DNA of 64,000 bases, from the NCBI GenBank assembly GCA_013265495.1, contig MU057724.1:1689102-1753101 (forward strand), in the 5' to 3' direction. A program made the position numbers and the translations under genes. This DNA is from Vicugna vicugna (taxonomy: Eukaryota). Below are positions 12,330 through 22,807 of this stretch, one piece after another. A model generated the notes under the pieces. The model saw only the letters and a list, made by a program, of their open reading frames with translations, was not told where the DNA came from and made no database searches. Position 1 is the stretch's first letter; the number at the start of each line of letters is the position of its first letter.

Positions 12330-12630
12330 AGGACTATGGGGCAGTGACTCAGTGTCAGACCATTCTTGGGGTCTGGGCCAGATGTACCCTTCACGTATAC
12401 TAGGTTACCTGCTTTCATGGACTTATGCACTGGATTCCCACACAGAATTTGCACAAAATCCTTGGTTGAATTTGGATCTCAAGAAAGGATGAGATCGGAT
12501 TACTTGAAGCAGGAGACCCACTGCCCCCTGGTGGCAAGACTGCAAACTTCAGGGCTCGTGCCCAGAGGAATAAGGCAGTTTGAGGGTTAATTTATACAAC
12601 AGGGGAGACGTGTATTACTAAATCACAGTG
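12330..12630. mobile_element. LTR-like element (possibly LTR41 family) carrying a CTCF motif
   Basis: Non-coding LTR-like composition around GGAGACCCACTGCCCCCTGGTGGCAAG; family assignment from memory only. Confidence 0.35.
12518..12536 (-). promoter_or_regulatory. CTCF binding motif
   Basis: Minus strand TGCCACCAGGGGGCAGTGG matches CTCF core CCASYAGRKGGC with typical flanks. Confidence 0.7.
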
Positions 12631-13701
12631 AGTCAGAAGAGCTGTCTGTTATTTTTTTTTTTTTTTGCGGGGGCGGTGACTGAAATTAAGTGAAGAGGAA
12701 CTCGCACCTGTCATAAGATTTCTGTACACAAGAGTTTTGGAGAGGATTTCAAAGTACCGCCACCCCAAAGCAGTCCTGAAAGGAGTCGACAGACTGAGCT
12801 CTGATGAAGCGACTTCGTGAACGTGACGTTGTTGGCACAGCGCTTCCTTCCTTTTCTGTTACTCTGTTTTATTGCAAAGCAGACCTCTCCTCTCACGCCT
12901 TCTGTCCGTTCCGTTCCTCTTCCCTCCCTGGAGGTGGGATGACGCAGGGTCCGTGGTTTTGGCCCGCAGAGTGAGTTAGCACATGCCTTAGTTAGCAGCG
13001 GGAGAGGCCAACGCCATGCCAAGGGGCTTGGTCAGTTTCTAAGGGGGTCGCTTAGCTCTGTGTCGTCTCATGGCCACACGTGTGACTTTAATCACGCTGG
13101 TCAGTTTTCTCTAGCTCCAAAGTTTACCAAGGGCAAGTAACACGGTGGACACCCAGCGACACCACGGAAGCAGCTCAGGCAGCAACGTCCTGGGTAGCTG
13201 GTTAGCACCGACCTCCTAAATCTAAGGGAACAGACATGAGCCCCCGTACGCCGGTGGGCTGGTTACTACCCGTGCCCAGGGGTACCAGGTGCACAGAGAC
13301 CTTTGCACGTCAAACCGCGCATGTCTAGTAAGTGACGGATGCGATGCCACTGACAGAAACTTTCTGGGAAAAGTTACCCATTTTATTTGCATTTGACGTT
13401 TTATAGGACTTTAAAGCCCTGACTTCTTTCCCAGTCCTTCCAGCAGAGCCCGGGGTGCACCTGCGTTCCCTGCGCAGCACACGGACGTGCTCTGACGGGG
13501 CGGGGCAGCCAACAGCGTGAGCAGCCTCTCACCTGTAAGCCTTCTCACCTGTGGGACGCCTCCTCCTCCTCCTTCTGTCCGAGCAGAGGCTGCCACTCCG
13601 CTCTCTGTGCTCCTGTGACGCCATCTCAGCACATCTAGCTTGGTGGCTATTGGCTTAAGTTAAATTCGAGGCAAAAACAGATAATTTAAGATTGTTTCCA
13701 G

Positions 13702-13802
13702 GGCAGGGGAGGGTATAGCTCAAGTGGGTTCATGGGTTCAATCCCCAGTACCTCGTCTAAAAATAAATAAGTGAATAAACCTAATTATCCCGCCCCCCCC
13801 CA
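13702..13802 (+). mobile_element. Internally deleted tRNA-Ala-derived camelid SINE with 11-bp TSD
   Basis: GGGGAGGGTATAGCTCAAGTGG...GGGTTCAATCCCCAGTACCTC...AAACCTAATTATCCC; ATTGTTTCCAG at 13691-13701 and 13803-13813. Confidence 0.85.
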
Positions 13803-14129
13803 ATTGTTTCCAGTCTTTCAGCTCCTTCTGAGCCAGAGATGGAAGGGACAGGACTAGAGGCTGGAGGCTGGGAGGGAGACTGAGGGACATGGAGGAATTT
13901 AGGAGGGTCTCATGTTCAGTGATAGTTTTTGAGACATTCGTGTAAAGCCCAGGGAGGCCGCCCCAGGACCCCACCCAGCGAGCGCCCCGGCTGTCACCGT
14001 GGAGCTAGCCAGCCGCCTCCACTTCAGCATCGCACCGGGGCCCTCCCAGGACTCACCTGCAGGAGCCCCCAGGGCTGGGACACTTGACCCCACTACACCC
14101 CCGCTACTGGCTCCCCCCTTTCGCCTCTA

Positions 14130-14490
14130 ATGCAGCAGTGTTGTGTCAACTGCTGGTGCACAGCACCATGTTTCAGTCACACATATACATACATGCATTC
14201 ATTTTCATGTTCTTTTTCTATATACTTTTAAAAATTCTTATTTTTGTCGAAGTGTAGTCGATTTACAGTGTTAGTTTCAGGTGTACAACAGAGCGGCTCG
14301 GTTACACACATGCGTGTGTATTTTTTCAGATTCTTCTCCACTGCAGCTCGTTACAAGAAACTGAATACAGTTCCCTGTGCTCTGCAGCAGCATCTTGTTG
14401 TTGATCTGCTCTGTACACAGGGGTTAGTGTCCGCTAACCCCAAACTCCTCCCCATCCCCTTCCCCGTGGGCACCCACAGGTTGCTTTCTG
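14130..14490 (-). mobile_element. LINE-1 3' UTR fragments (two adjacent antisense tails)
   Basis: GTGTTGTGTCAACTGCTGGTGCACAGCA and GAAGTGTAGTCGATTTACAGTGTTAGTTTCAGGTGTACA...GAATACAGTTCCCTGTGCT. Confidence 0.8.
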
Positions 14491-15399
14491 TGTGCTGGCG
14501 CCACCGCCCACAGAAGGACTGGCTCGTGGTGCTCCCCGGGGCTTTCTCGTGACTGGCAGGCAGAGACCTTGGCTTATTTATTGAACCAACTCCGAACAGA
14601 CTTTTTGTGAAGGGAGTAAACGTGTGAATGAGGGAAGGACACCCCCGGAGTCCCTGGTCATACACGAGGCTTCCGGGGTGCTGCCAGCCAGGGCCCCCAC
14701 TGCTCCCCTGCTTCAGCGACACGCCCGCCCTTCATGGACTGGCCCATGTTAGGCAGCGAGTAAAGCTCTGAGCATTTCAGTCACGTTCACACTCTCCAAG
14801 TGACTCACTTTTTCCAAACCTACATAGCATTTTATTGGCTTTAAAGATGTTTTCACGATTTAAAATAATAATAATGTTTCCGCAGAAGAACTTTTTATTA
14901 AGAGTTTAATGATCCTGGAGGCTCATTACTTTTCTTTCTTGAAACATGGAGCCGAAGCGCCTCCATCCTAGATCGTTTTTATGAAGCTAATTTTCTCCGC
15001 CACTGAATTGAGAGAAAAACCTCTTAATTCACAGTCAGACATCACATACGTTGCATTAAGACTTAAATATGTATGTACACATTTAAAGCAGCCATTTTCT
15101 GCACCACAGAGCAATACAACATACAAGCGGGTATTTTAAAGAACCAAAATACAGAAACTGAAAGGAGTGAGTGCTGCGTATTTTCAGTTGGTCAGGACTC
15201 AGGTTTAAGACACTAAAAAAACACACTCAGCCCGAGGTGGTTGGTACAGCTCACGTCACACACCCGGTGTGAAGGCCGTGTCACTCAACAGCGTCTGAAG
15301 CAAAGCTGACACTGTACCTTCCCTGTCACTGGTGCTGATGAGGCGTGGGGGTTACCTGGTCCACCTTACTTTCTAGCTACCGTGCACACGGTGCGAGGG

Positions 15400-15729
15400 T
15401 TCTGCTGGGGACTGTGTCCCCCGAATTCCCGCGTGAAGTCCTGGCCCCCGAGGTGACTTGGGGCCTTTGGAGGTAACTTGCCCAGGGGGGTGGGGGCTCG
15501 TGAATGGGATTAGTGCCCTTAAAAGGAGACAGCTGGGCAGTGGTCTCCGTCGCCCTCCAGCAGCGGGCACATGGTGAGACGGCAGCTGCCTGCAGGCCAG
15601 CGGGGGTCCTCACCAGGACCCAGACGGACAGCGCCTTGGCCTTGGAGCTCCCGGCTTCTTAACTCTCTCTTATTCAAACCTCCCAGTCTGCGGTATTTTT
15701 GTTACATCAGCCTGAGCCAAATGAGACAG
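15400..15729 (+). mobile_element. MLT1A-like solo LTR
   Basis: TGTGTCCCCCGAATTC...GGGCCTTTGGAGGT...GAATGGGATTAGTGCCCTTAAAAG...CCTCACCAG...CCAGTCTGCGGTATTTTTGTTA...TGAGACA. Confidence 0.8.
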
Positions 15730-16688
15730 CTTTCCAAGACCATCCCAGCAGAAGGGGGCCCGGGGAGGCTGAGGGGAGGCCGAGGGGACCGCCCTGTCCC
15801 CGTCTGCCCAGCACCAGGCGGGCGTTGCTGGACGTCCCTCTCTGAGCCTGGGAGTCCGCAGCTGCCTCCGAGACGCCGCCGCAGGGCAGCTGGGCCGACT
15901 CTGAGGGCCGGGGGGGAGGGCCGTGGGGAGCTCGCCCTGCAGGTGCCGGGTAGTCAGCGTGGCCTCAAGGGGGTGGAGGGCTCTGTTTATTCTGTTATCT
16001 CTTAATTTTATTTTTTCCTGAAGTGTGGTTGACTTGCAATGTTAGTGTTTCAGGTGTACTGTTTATTCTTGTTTGTTTTTCTCTTTCCACCTTATGGGGG
16101 AGAGTGACTGAGAAATGAAATTCCCGTTTTAGGGGCGAGAGGAAGGGAGAACAGAACAAAGTGAAGGCATGTTTTATCATCTTGATGGACCGGGAGCCAC
16201 AGACACACTTCCCCCCGACCCCCAGGGCCCTGGCTCTCTGCGTCCTGCGTGAAACTGGGTTCTGACACCCTTTCTTTCAGGCACTAGGAGGAAAGGCATC
16301 TGCAGAACTTATGGGTGACTTTTAATGGGAATTTACTAAATATGTGCTGTTGCTCCTCTGGAGAAAAATCCTTGGTCCTACAGAGTAGTGTTTATTTAGG
16401 ACGAGAAATCCACTTTGGAATGTGGCTGCATCACAGCCCGACCCGGGCTGCTCCTCTGCGTCACATCTGCCTCGAGGACCCGGCCACCAGGCCCGTGTGT
16501 GTGGTTTGCAAGGTGATGAAGGTCCCCCTGAGCCTCCTCTCCCGCCTGCCTGGCCACCTTGGGAAACACCAGCCTGGAGCCTCACTCCCACCCCAGCCCC
16601 AGAGCCTGCCCTGGAAACCCGAGCCGCCCAAGGAATTTTCTGTCCATTCCAGCAACGCTGAAGAGCCCCCATGTCTGGCCTTTGTGGC

Positions 16689-16798
16689 TTTTTTTGGTGG
16701 GGAGGTAGTTAGCTTTGCAACGGAGGCACTGGGGATTGAACCCAGGACCTCCTGCGTGCTGTGCACGTGCTTCTCCCACTGAGCTACACCCACTCTCC
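16689..16798 (-). mobile_element. tRNA-Ala-derived camelid SINE
   Basis: GGAGGCACTGGGGATTGAACCCAGGACCTCC...CCACTGAGCTACACCC (antisense B and A boxes). Confidence 0.85.
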
Positions 16799-16900
16799 GT
16801 TTCCTTATCTGTAGAAGGGTTGCCCCACCTCTGTTCGATTGTTCTAAAAATTAAAAGTCATACGCGTTAAGCAGGTGAAACATTGCTGGGCACATAGTTT
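16799..16900 (+). mobile_element. MIR fragment
   Basis: GTTTCCTTATCTGTAGAA core and CTGGGCACATAGT 3' part. Confidence 0.55.
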
Positions 16901-17665
16901 TATTGTTTCACATAGCGTGTTCCTACAATTCAGTGAGTTCTCTCTGTAATATTATGATTTTCAAACTTCTGGCTTCATAGATTAAGCCATTCATTTTATT
17001 TACTAACTCCAAAGACATAATTTGTATACAGGTAATTGTACAATGTATTGTTCCCAGCCGTAAATGACTCACATCTAATAATCACAGAATGAGTAAGTAA
17101 CCCACAGGATATTTTATTAGAAAGCAAACATGTAGGAAAAGTAAATTCATGAGAATTTGTGTTTGGAAAAAATGACAAGAAAAGGACAGAATACCTAATA
17201 ACACATGCATGTTGATTTCGTAGGTAGCCTTTGAGTGTTTAAAGATCAGAAGCAGTAGATTCCGTTTCACCCTTTCTGGTTTTGCCCTGGCAAATTGTCA
17301 TTTGAAAGGAGAAGATACAGAAATGAGACACTGCGATCCCCATAACAGCCAGGTCAGCTTTAACATGCCTCCAGGCCCTTCCCGGAGACAGGCGGTGCTG
17401 GCTCTCAGGCTGTCTGGGGAAAACCCTCCAATGCCGTCAGCGCCCCTGGGACCCCCCTAGTCTAAGAAAACAATTCTGAGACACTGTTTCCTTAAATGAA
17501 AGCGCTCTTTGTGTTTCAGCCTTTGAAGGTGGCCTGAGCACCTATGTTGCGCCACCACAGCTGCAGTCAGAGTCCCTGCTAAGAGCCTTCCAGGGAGGAG
17601 CAAAGCTTGTGGAAGCCTGGAGGAGTCCAGAGGCCTGGAGAAGATGGTTCACATCAAACAGCACA

Positions 17666-17758
17666 GGGGGGAGGTGGGCGTAGCTCAGTGATAGAGCACA
17701 TGCTTAACGTGCACGGGGTCCTGGGTTCAAGCCCCAGCACCTCCGTTAAAAAAAAAAA
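17666..17758 (+). mobile_element. tRNA-Ala-derived camelid SINE
   Basis: GGGGGGAGGTGGGCGTAGCTCAGTGATAGAGCACATGCTTAACGTGCACGGGGTCCTGGGTTCAAGCCCCAGCACCTCC plus poly(A). Confidence 0.88.
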
Positions 17759-19334
17759 GGCACTACAGTGTTAAATAAAAAGGAGGAGATTGTTGGTGAA
17801 AAATATTTTAGGTTTCCTTTTAGGGGCATGTACTGGGACATGGTGGGTGAGATATTTTAGAGTGTTTATTTCTTCCTCGAATGATTTAGACTCAGCTTAT
17901 CAGCAAGGTATTTTTAAAACTGTGGGCAAAGCAAAGAAAGCCAGGGGTGTGGTTAACACGGATGCCTTTTAAAAACTGCATGTTGTGATGGTTACATGTT
18001 AGAGATTCAATAATTTTAACATCTAATAATCCCCTACGCTAAAATATTTTGAAAGTATAATCATATCCAAGCTAGTGTTGAGCACCTTTACATACTGTAA
18101 ACTTTAAAAATTAACTTGTAAGCTGATTTATTGACCACAAAAATAGTGTTCGGCTTACCACTCATCACCATGGTGCTTAACCTTTGTGTTGTAAGCATGT
18201 GAGCAAGATGTTAGTGCGTATATATTTTTTTCCTTCTAACAGATCAGATTTGGTATAATAATACTGATAGCCCTGATTTGTATACTTAAAAAATTATATT
18301 TGGAAAGATACACTACATTCCTTAGAAAGGCCTCTCCGATATTTTCTTTCCGTTGGCAAATTAAAAGGGAAAAGAAAAGCACCGTGACAGCCGAGAGGTC
18401 TGAAAGAATCCCCTTTACTAAAAACCGGTTTACGGCCTGAGTTGAAACAATGAGATGAGAGGACGTCTGGCAGACACATAGGACTTGTTTATGTTTTGGT
18501 TGCAGTTTAATAATTTGCTGATTGCATTATAATCACACACATACATTTGCTTAACTAAATTAATGCCCTTAAATCACAAGTTGATTTTCGCTAACACATA
18601 GCCCGTCCCTTCTCCGTCCGCGCTCCGAGAAGGGCCACTGTCGGTAAGCACGGTCTGGGTCACTTCTTCCTGGCGAGCTCCCCAGCCGCATCCTGCTTCT
18701 AGACTACAGAAGGCATTATCTTTCATACATATGTGGAATAATGAATAATGCTTCATAGAATAATGTAGAATAAATAAGGACATGCCTCATCTAGCAAAGA
18801 CCTGCAGTATCCTTGTGTGACTAAAAGCCACCGTTACTGAGGCAGAGAATTGCCCTGTTGGTCACACGCTGGGCACCTGTCTCCCTGGCGCCGAGGCTGC
18901 CGGCTTCCAAGGGCCAGCAGCTGGACCAGCGGTGGCAGGATGAGACCCGGGACCCTGCCCCAGACCCAGATCTGCAAAGCCTGTGGAAAGTTTGTGACAC
19001 GTCTTTACCCGCCTGAGTCAAGCATTCACCCATTTTTAGTAGAAAATATTATACAAACACAAAAATGAGGCACAGCCCACTGCCCAGAAAAATGTCTGTG
19101 CCGTTTAAAAATAAAATGAAAGGAATACACCTGCAGTAGAAAATGCAAACAGTATGGAGGGGTTTGTGGTGAAAACAATTACTTTCTGCTTATTTCTACT
19201 TCGTTCTCTTTCTATAAAGGCCGCAGGGTCATGAAGGCCTTCCCGGAGAGTTTCCTCTGATAGAAAAACACTGTTGTACTTCACATCTGAGATGAGATGT
19301 TCATGAATGGACCTGTTCTACTGGAATTTGAGCA

Positions 19335-19450
19335 CTTACTCCTCACAGCTTCAGGCAGCACCGTCTCACTTTTACAGATGAGGAAATTGAGATTAGACTG
19401 ATGAATTTACCGTAAGTTATACAGCCAGGAAGTGGTGCGACCGGTTCTGT
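19335..19450 (-). mobile_element. MIR fragment
   Basis: TTTTACAGATGAGGAAATTGAG core and downstream CAGCCAGGAAGTGG. Confidence 0.7.
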
Positions 19451-20359
19451 GCCCCAGCCCCTCGCTCCCAAAGGTATTTTTCCCACTGGATCAGTTGGGG
19501 ACAGTCAGAAAGTGGAAACCACACCAGTTACTTCAATGGAGAGAATTTTGGTAACAACTGTTAACTAGTACTAGTTAACTAGTACTGAAGGACTGGAAAC
19601 TCAGAAAGGTGGACACTTCTTTCTGTCTGCTGGACTACGCAGGTGATGGCTGGAGCCTTGGGCACCATATTGGACCTTTAGGTAATCTTAAAGATAAAAG
19701 CCACAAGACTCAGAACTTGAAGATTAAAGAGCAGCAGGATAGAAAGTTTCAGGAAGTCAAATGACTGTGGAGTTTATGTGTTTAAATCCAATAGAAAGAG
19801 AAATTCTGGATCTAGTAGTATAAATTTAAATTATGTGACTCCAAATCTAATTTTACAAAGCAGGCTCCCTCCAATGTACAGAGCCCCAATCACCAAGATT
19901 TATAACAAGAAAAAATAACAATAGAGTGTAAATTACACACGAAAAATAAACATGTTCATCCTGGTTAAGTCACTGTCCTCTGGGGCTTCCTTTATGAGTG
20001 ACCAAGCGTAACCCTAACTATTCGTGGGGAGAGGACTCCAAGAACCTTTAGTAAACCGCCTCAGGTCACGCAGCTTGCTAGAGCCAGAGCCAGAGTTCAG
20101 ATCTAAGATACAGTCTTCCTCTGTGCTTCATAACGTGTTATGTGAGACTGAACAACAACACATAACAAGTTTATACCAGTTCCTATCAGTTCAGTGATCC
20201 TGTTGACTCTCCACGCCTCCGCCAGCATCGTTTATGAAACTTAAACGAAGCAGCAAAATAAGAGATCAGAGGTTAGGATCAAAGCAGGGCAGGACTTTTT
20301 TCTTTAAAGTTGAAAAACCTATCACCCAGATCATCGATTGTTCTAAGTTCTTTAACTAG

Positions 20360-20690
20360 GGCGGCTGTCGCAGCTCGGCAGCGAGCCTCCCTGGAGCAGG
20401 CTTTCAGTGCCTGGGCTCCGGGCAGAGCAGGGCTGCGGGGGGCTGCGGGGGATCTGAGCGGTCCGGACGCTGCTGCTGGCGGGTCTGGGGCCGACGGGGG
20501 AGCTCGGCGGCGGCGCAGTCCGGGCGGGCGGGACGGGGCCCTGGGTGCTGTCCTGGCGCAGGGGCAGCTGCGGCGTGAGGAGCGGGGGCGCCACGGCACA
20601 GACTCAGAAAGGAAACCGGACGAGAGGCGGGAGCCCTGGTCAGCCTTTCTCTCTGAATTCACCTGACGCCCCACGTCCTTCGGAGCTTCA
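20360..20690. promoter_or_regulatory. Small orphan CpG island
   Basis: ~330 bp GC/CpG-dense block with GGGCGGGCGGG GC boxes, sharply flanked by AT-rich DNA. Confidence 0.65.
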
Positions 20691-22589
20691 GGCAGGATAG
20701 ATTCTTTTTACTGATTAGCCTGTATTTTGTATTTTAAATAGTAGGGTCTAAATATGTAATTTGAAAAGACCGCGTTAGAATACGCAAATCTAACCCAAAA
20801 TGACAAGAAATTTGATTTCAACCTTCTTAGATTCACTGTCACCATGTTCACTCACGGTCTCGCTTGTAAGCCATCCTAGCTGTGTGAGGATGTCTTCGTA
20901 AATGAATATAGCAGATTAGTGTCATTAGCATAATTGTAACATAATGAATTAAACTTTGTATTTTGTTTAACACTTAAAACATGTATTGGTGAGTTAGGTA
21001 CTGATTAAAAATTATGGCACTAAGTCCTTGATTTAATTAGTAATCTTTGACTTGAAAGGTGCAGTTGCTAGGTAATAAAAATGCTAAATTGAGGTCATTT
21101 AGTCATTTCAAAGAAAAGGACCCTGTCTTTGGTCCCATGAAGTCTCTAAAAGGAATGCTGTTGAGAAAAGACAAATGGGGTGAGAAATTGTATATACTGA
21201 TGTTTCAGTTCTTAGTCTGGCCATTCCAGCGCAGTGCGGAGGTGCAGTGGCACTCGGGCTGCTGGTGGAGGCATTTGAAATGATGCAAAGGGAAGCTGGC
21301 AAGAGGAACATCGTGGGAAGCCCAGGAGGACGGATGCGGCTGGAAGGATGTACCGGGACCAGCAGTCTTGGGACTTAGTCAGCATCGGACCTCCACTCGG
21401 CCCTGGGCCAGGGGACGATTGCCTCTGGCTTGGTGACCGAAAGGTAGGCTGGGGCACTTCTGAGAATGAAAGAAGTTTCTAAGTTTAAAAGAACTGAACA
21501 CCCATCAGTTTTATTATAGTGGTAGACCTGTAAAATAATTACATTAAAAATAGATTTCAAATATAAATTTTCTTTAAAGAATAGCGCATATTAAAGAAAA
21601 CATTTAAGCTACTTTATATCGATTATCTGATCATTAAAATAAACATAAGAAGGATCATTATTCTTGGTACATATTCAAACATTTAAATTTTTAGACATAC
21701 TTTTTTTGATACGATGGCACTGGCTTTTTTTCAAAAATATTTTATAATCTTATTATTATGTTAAGTTTTTTAAAATGAAATTGCCTGCGGCTGTTTTCCA
21801 AGCTGCATTCAGAATGAGCAAAGTGGAAGTTGTTGGTGGTTTCCACTGACTTCTCTCCATGGACCATAATTATGGACCATAATTTTTTTTTTTTCGCTTA
21901 AAACAACATTTATTTTCTCGCGGTTTCAGGTGTCGGCCACTCAGAAACAGCTCAGCTGGGCACTTCTGGTTCACAGTGTCTCCAGAAGTTGCCGTCCAAT
22001 ACTCTTAACAGGAAATTCTCCCCAGATGTCGAAGAACTTAGCAATCACAGAGGAAAGTCTGGATCTGGTCGCGGTGCAGGGGTGGCTCACAGCCTGTCTG
22101 CACCAGCTGCAGCGTGGTTCCCGTCCAAAGAGAGGCTGCAGCTGTCAAAATGCACGAGCATTTGCGAACGTCGCATTTTGTTTAATCTGTAAGTGCGTGT
22201 GTCCTGGAGAGGGAGGTGTAAGTGAAACCACTTCTGGAAAGAGCCGGGAGAAGACAGGCTACCGCAGAACTGCCCGCACAGCAGCCTCTGCCCACCGCGC
22301 GGGTGCCCCCCGCCCCGGTGCAGGCAGGGCGTGCAGCCGTAGACGCACCCCAGCTCACTCCAACGCACCTATTAGACCACTTCGTTTAGAGATTAAAAAA
22401 ATCCAGGAAAAATGCCAAGCCAGAAGCTTCCATAAGGACCATAAGGACACTGGGCGTGATTTAGGACTGCTCTGGGGGCACCAGCACAGATGGCCACGGC
22501 ACTTGTGTCCATCATCGCTGTCCCGGAGAAATCTAACAGCAGTCAGAGAAGTCATTGTAAATAGTAACAGTAAAAAAAATGGAAACAGG

Positions 22590-22807
22590 TGAAATGAATT
22601 TTGATAGTATCTTTTTAACCAGGAGCTTCAAAATATTAGTTTTAAAGGTAATCACCGTGAAGTCGCTGATGAGAGAGTCCACGCGCTTCTCTGCTGTGCT
22701 GTCTGTGCAGTCCCGTGTGTTTACCGTCAGGGCATCTTCCTCTGTGGCCAGCCGCATTTCAAGGGCTCCGTGACCGCCCGTGCTGAGTGGTCGCTGTACA
22801 GGACAGT
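22590..22807. mobile_element. MER3/MER33-like hAT DNA transposon remnant
   Basis: GCCAGCCGCATTTCAAGGGCTCCGTGACCGCCCGTGCTGAGTGGTCGCTGTACAGGACAG resembles the terminus TAGCCACATTTCAAGTGCTCAATAGCCACATGTGGCTAGTGGCTACCGTATTGGACAG. Confidence 0.65.

Noticed and set aside
17666..17745. tRNA-Ala-like sequences here and at 5366, 8100, 13702 and 16720
   Set aside because: Degenerate stems, A-rich tails and TSDs identify them as SINEs, not tRNA genes.
18243..18440. Acceptor followed by an open frame with a hydrophobic stretch (IRFGIIILIALICILKK...)
   Set aside because: AT-rich sequence readily yields such peptides; no homologue recognised and no linked upstream exon.
19568..19585. Functional trp operator or bacterial contamination
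   Set aside because: Embedded in continuous mammalian repeat-laden DNA and explained by local duplication of a short palindrome.
20310..20359. Possible terminal coding exon EKPITQIIDCSKFFN*
   Set aside because: Acceptor is plausible, but the peptide is unrecognised and no consistent upstream exon chain was found.
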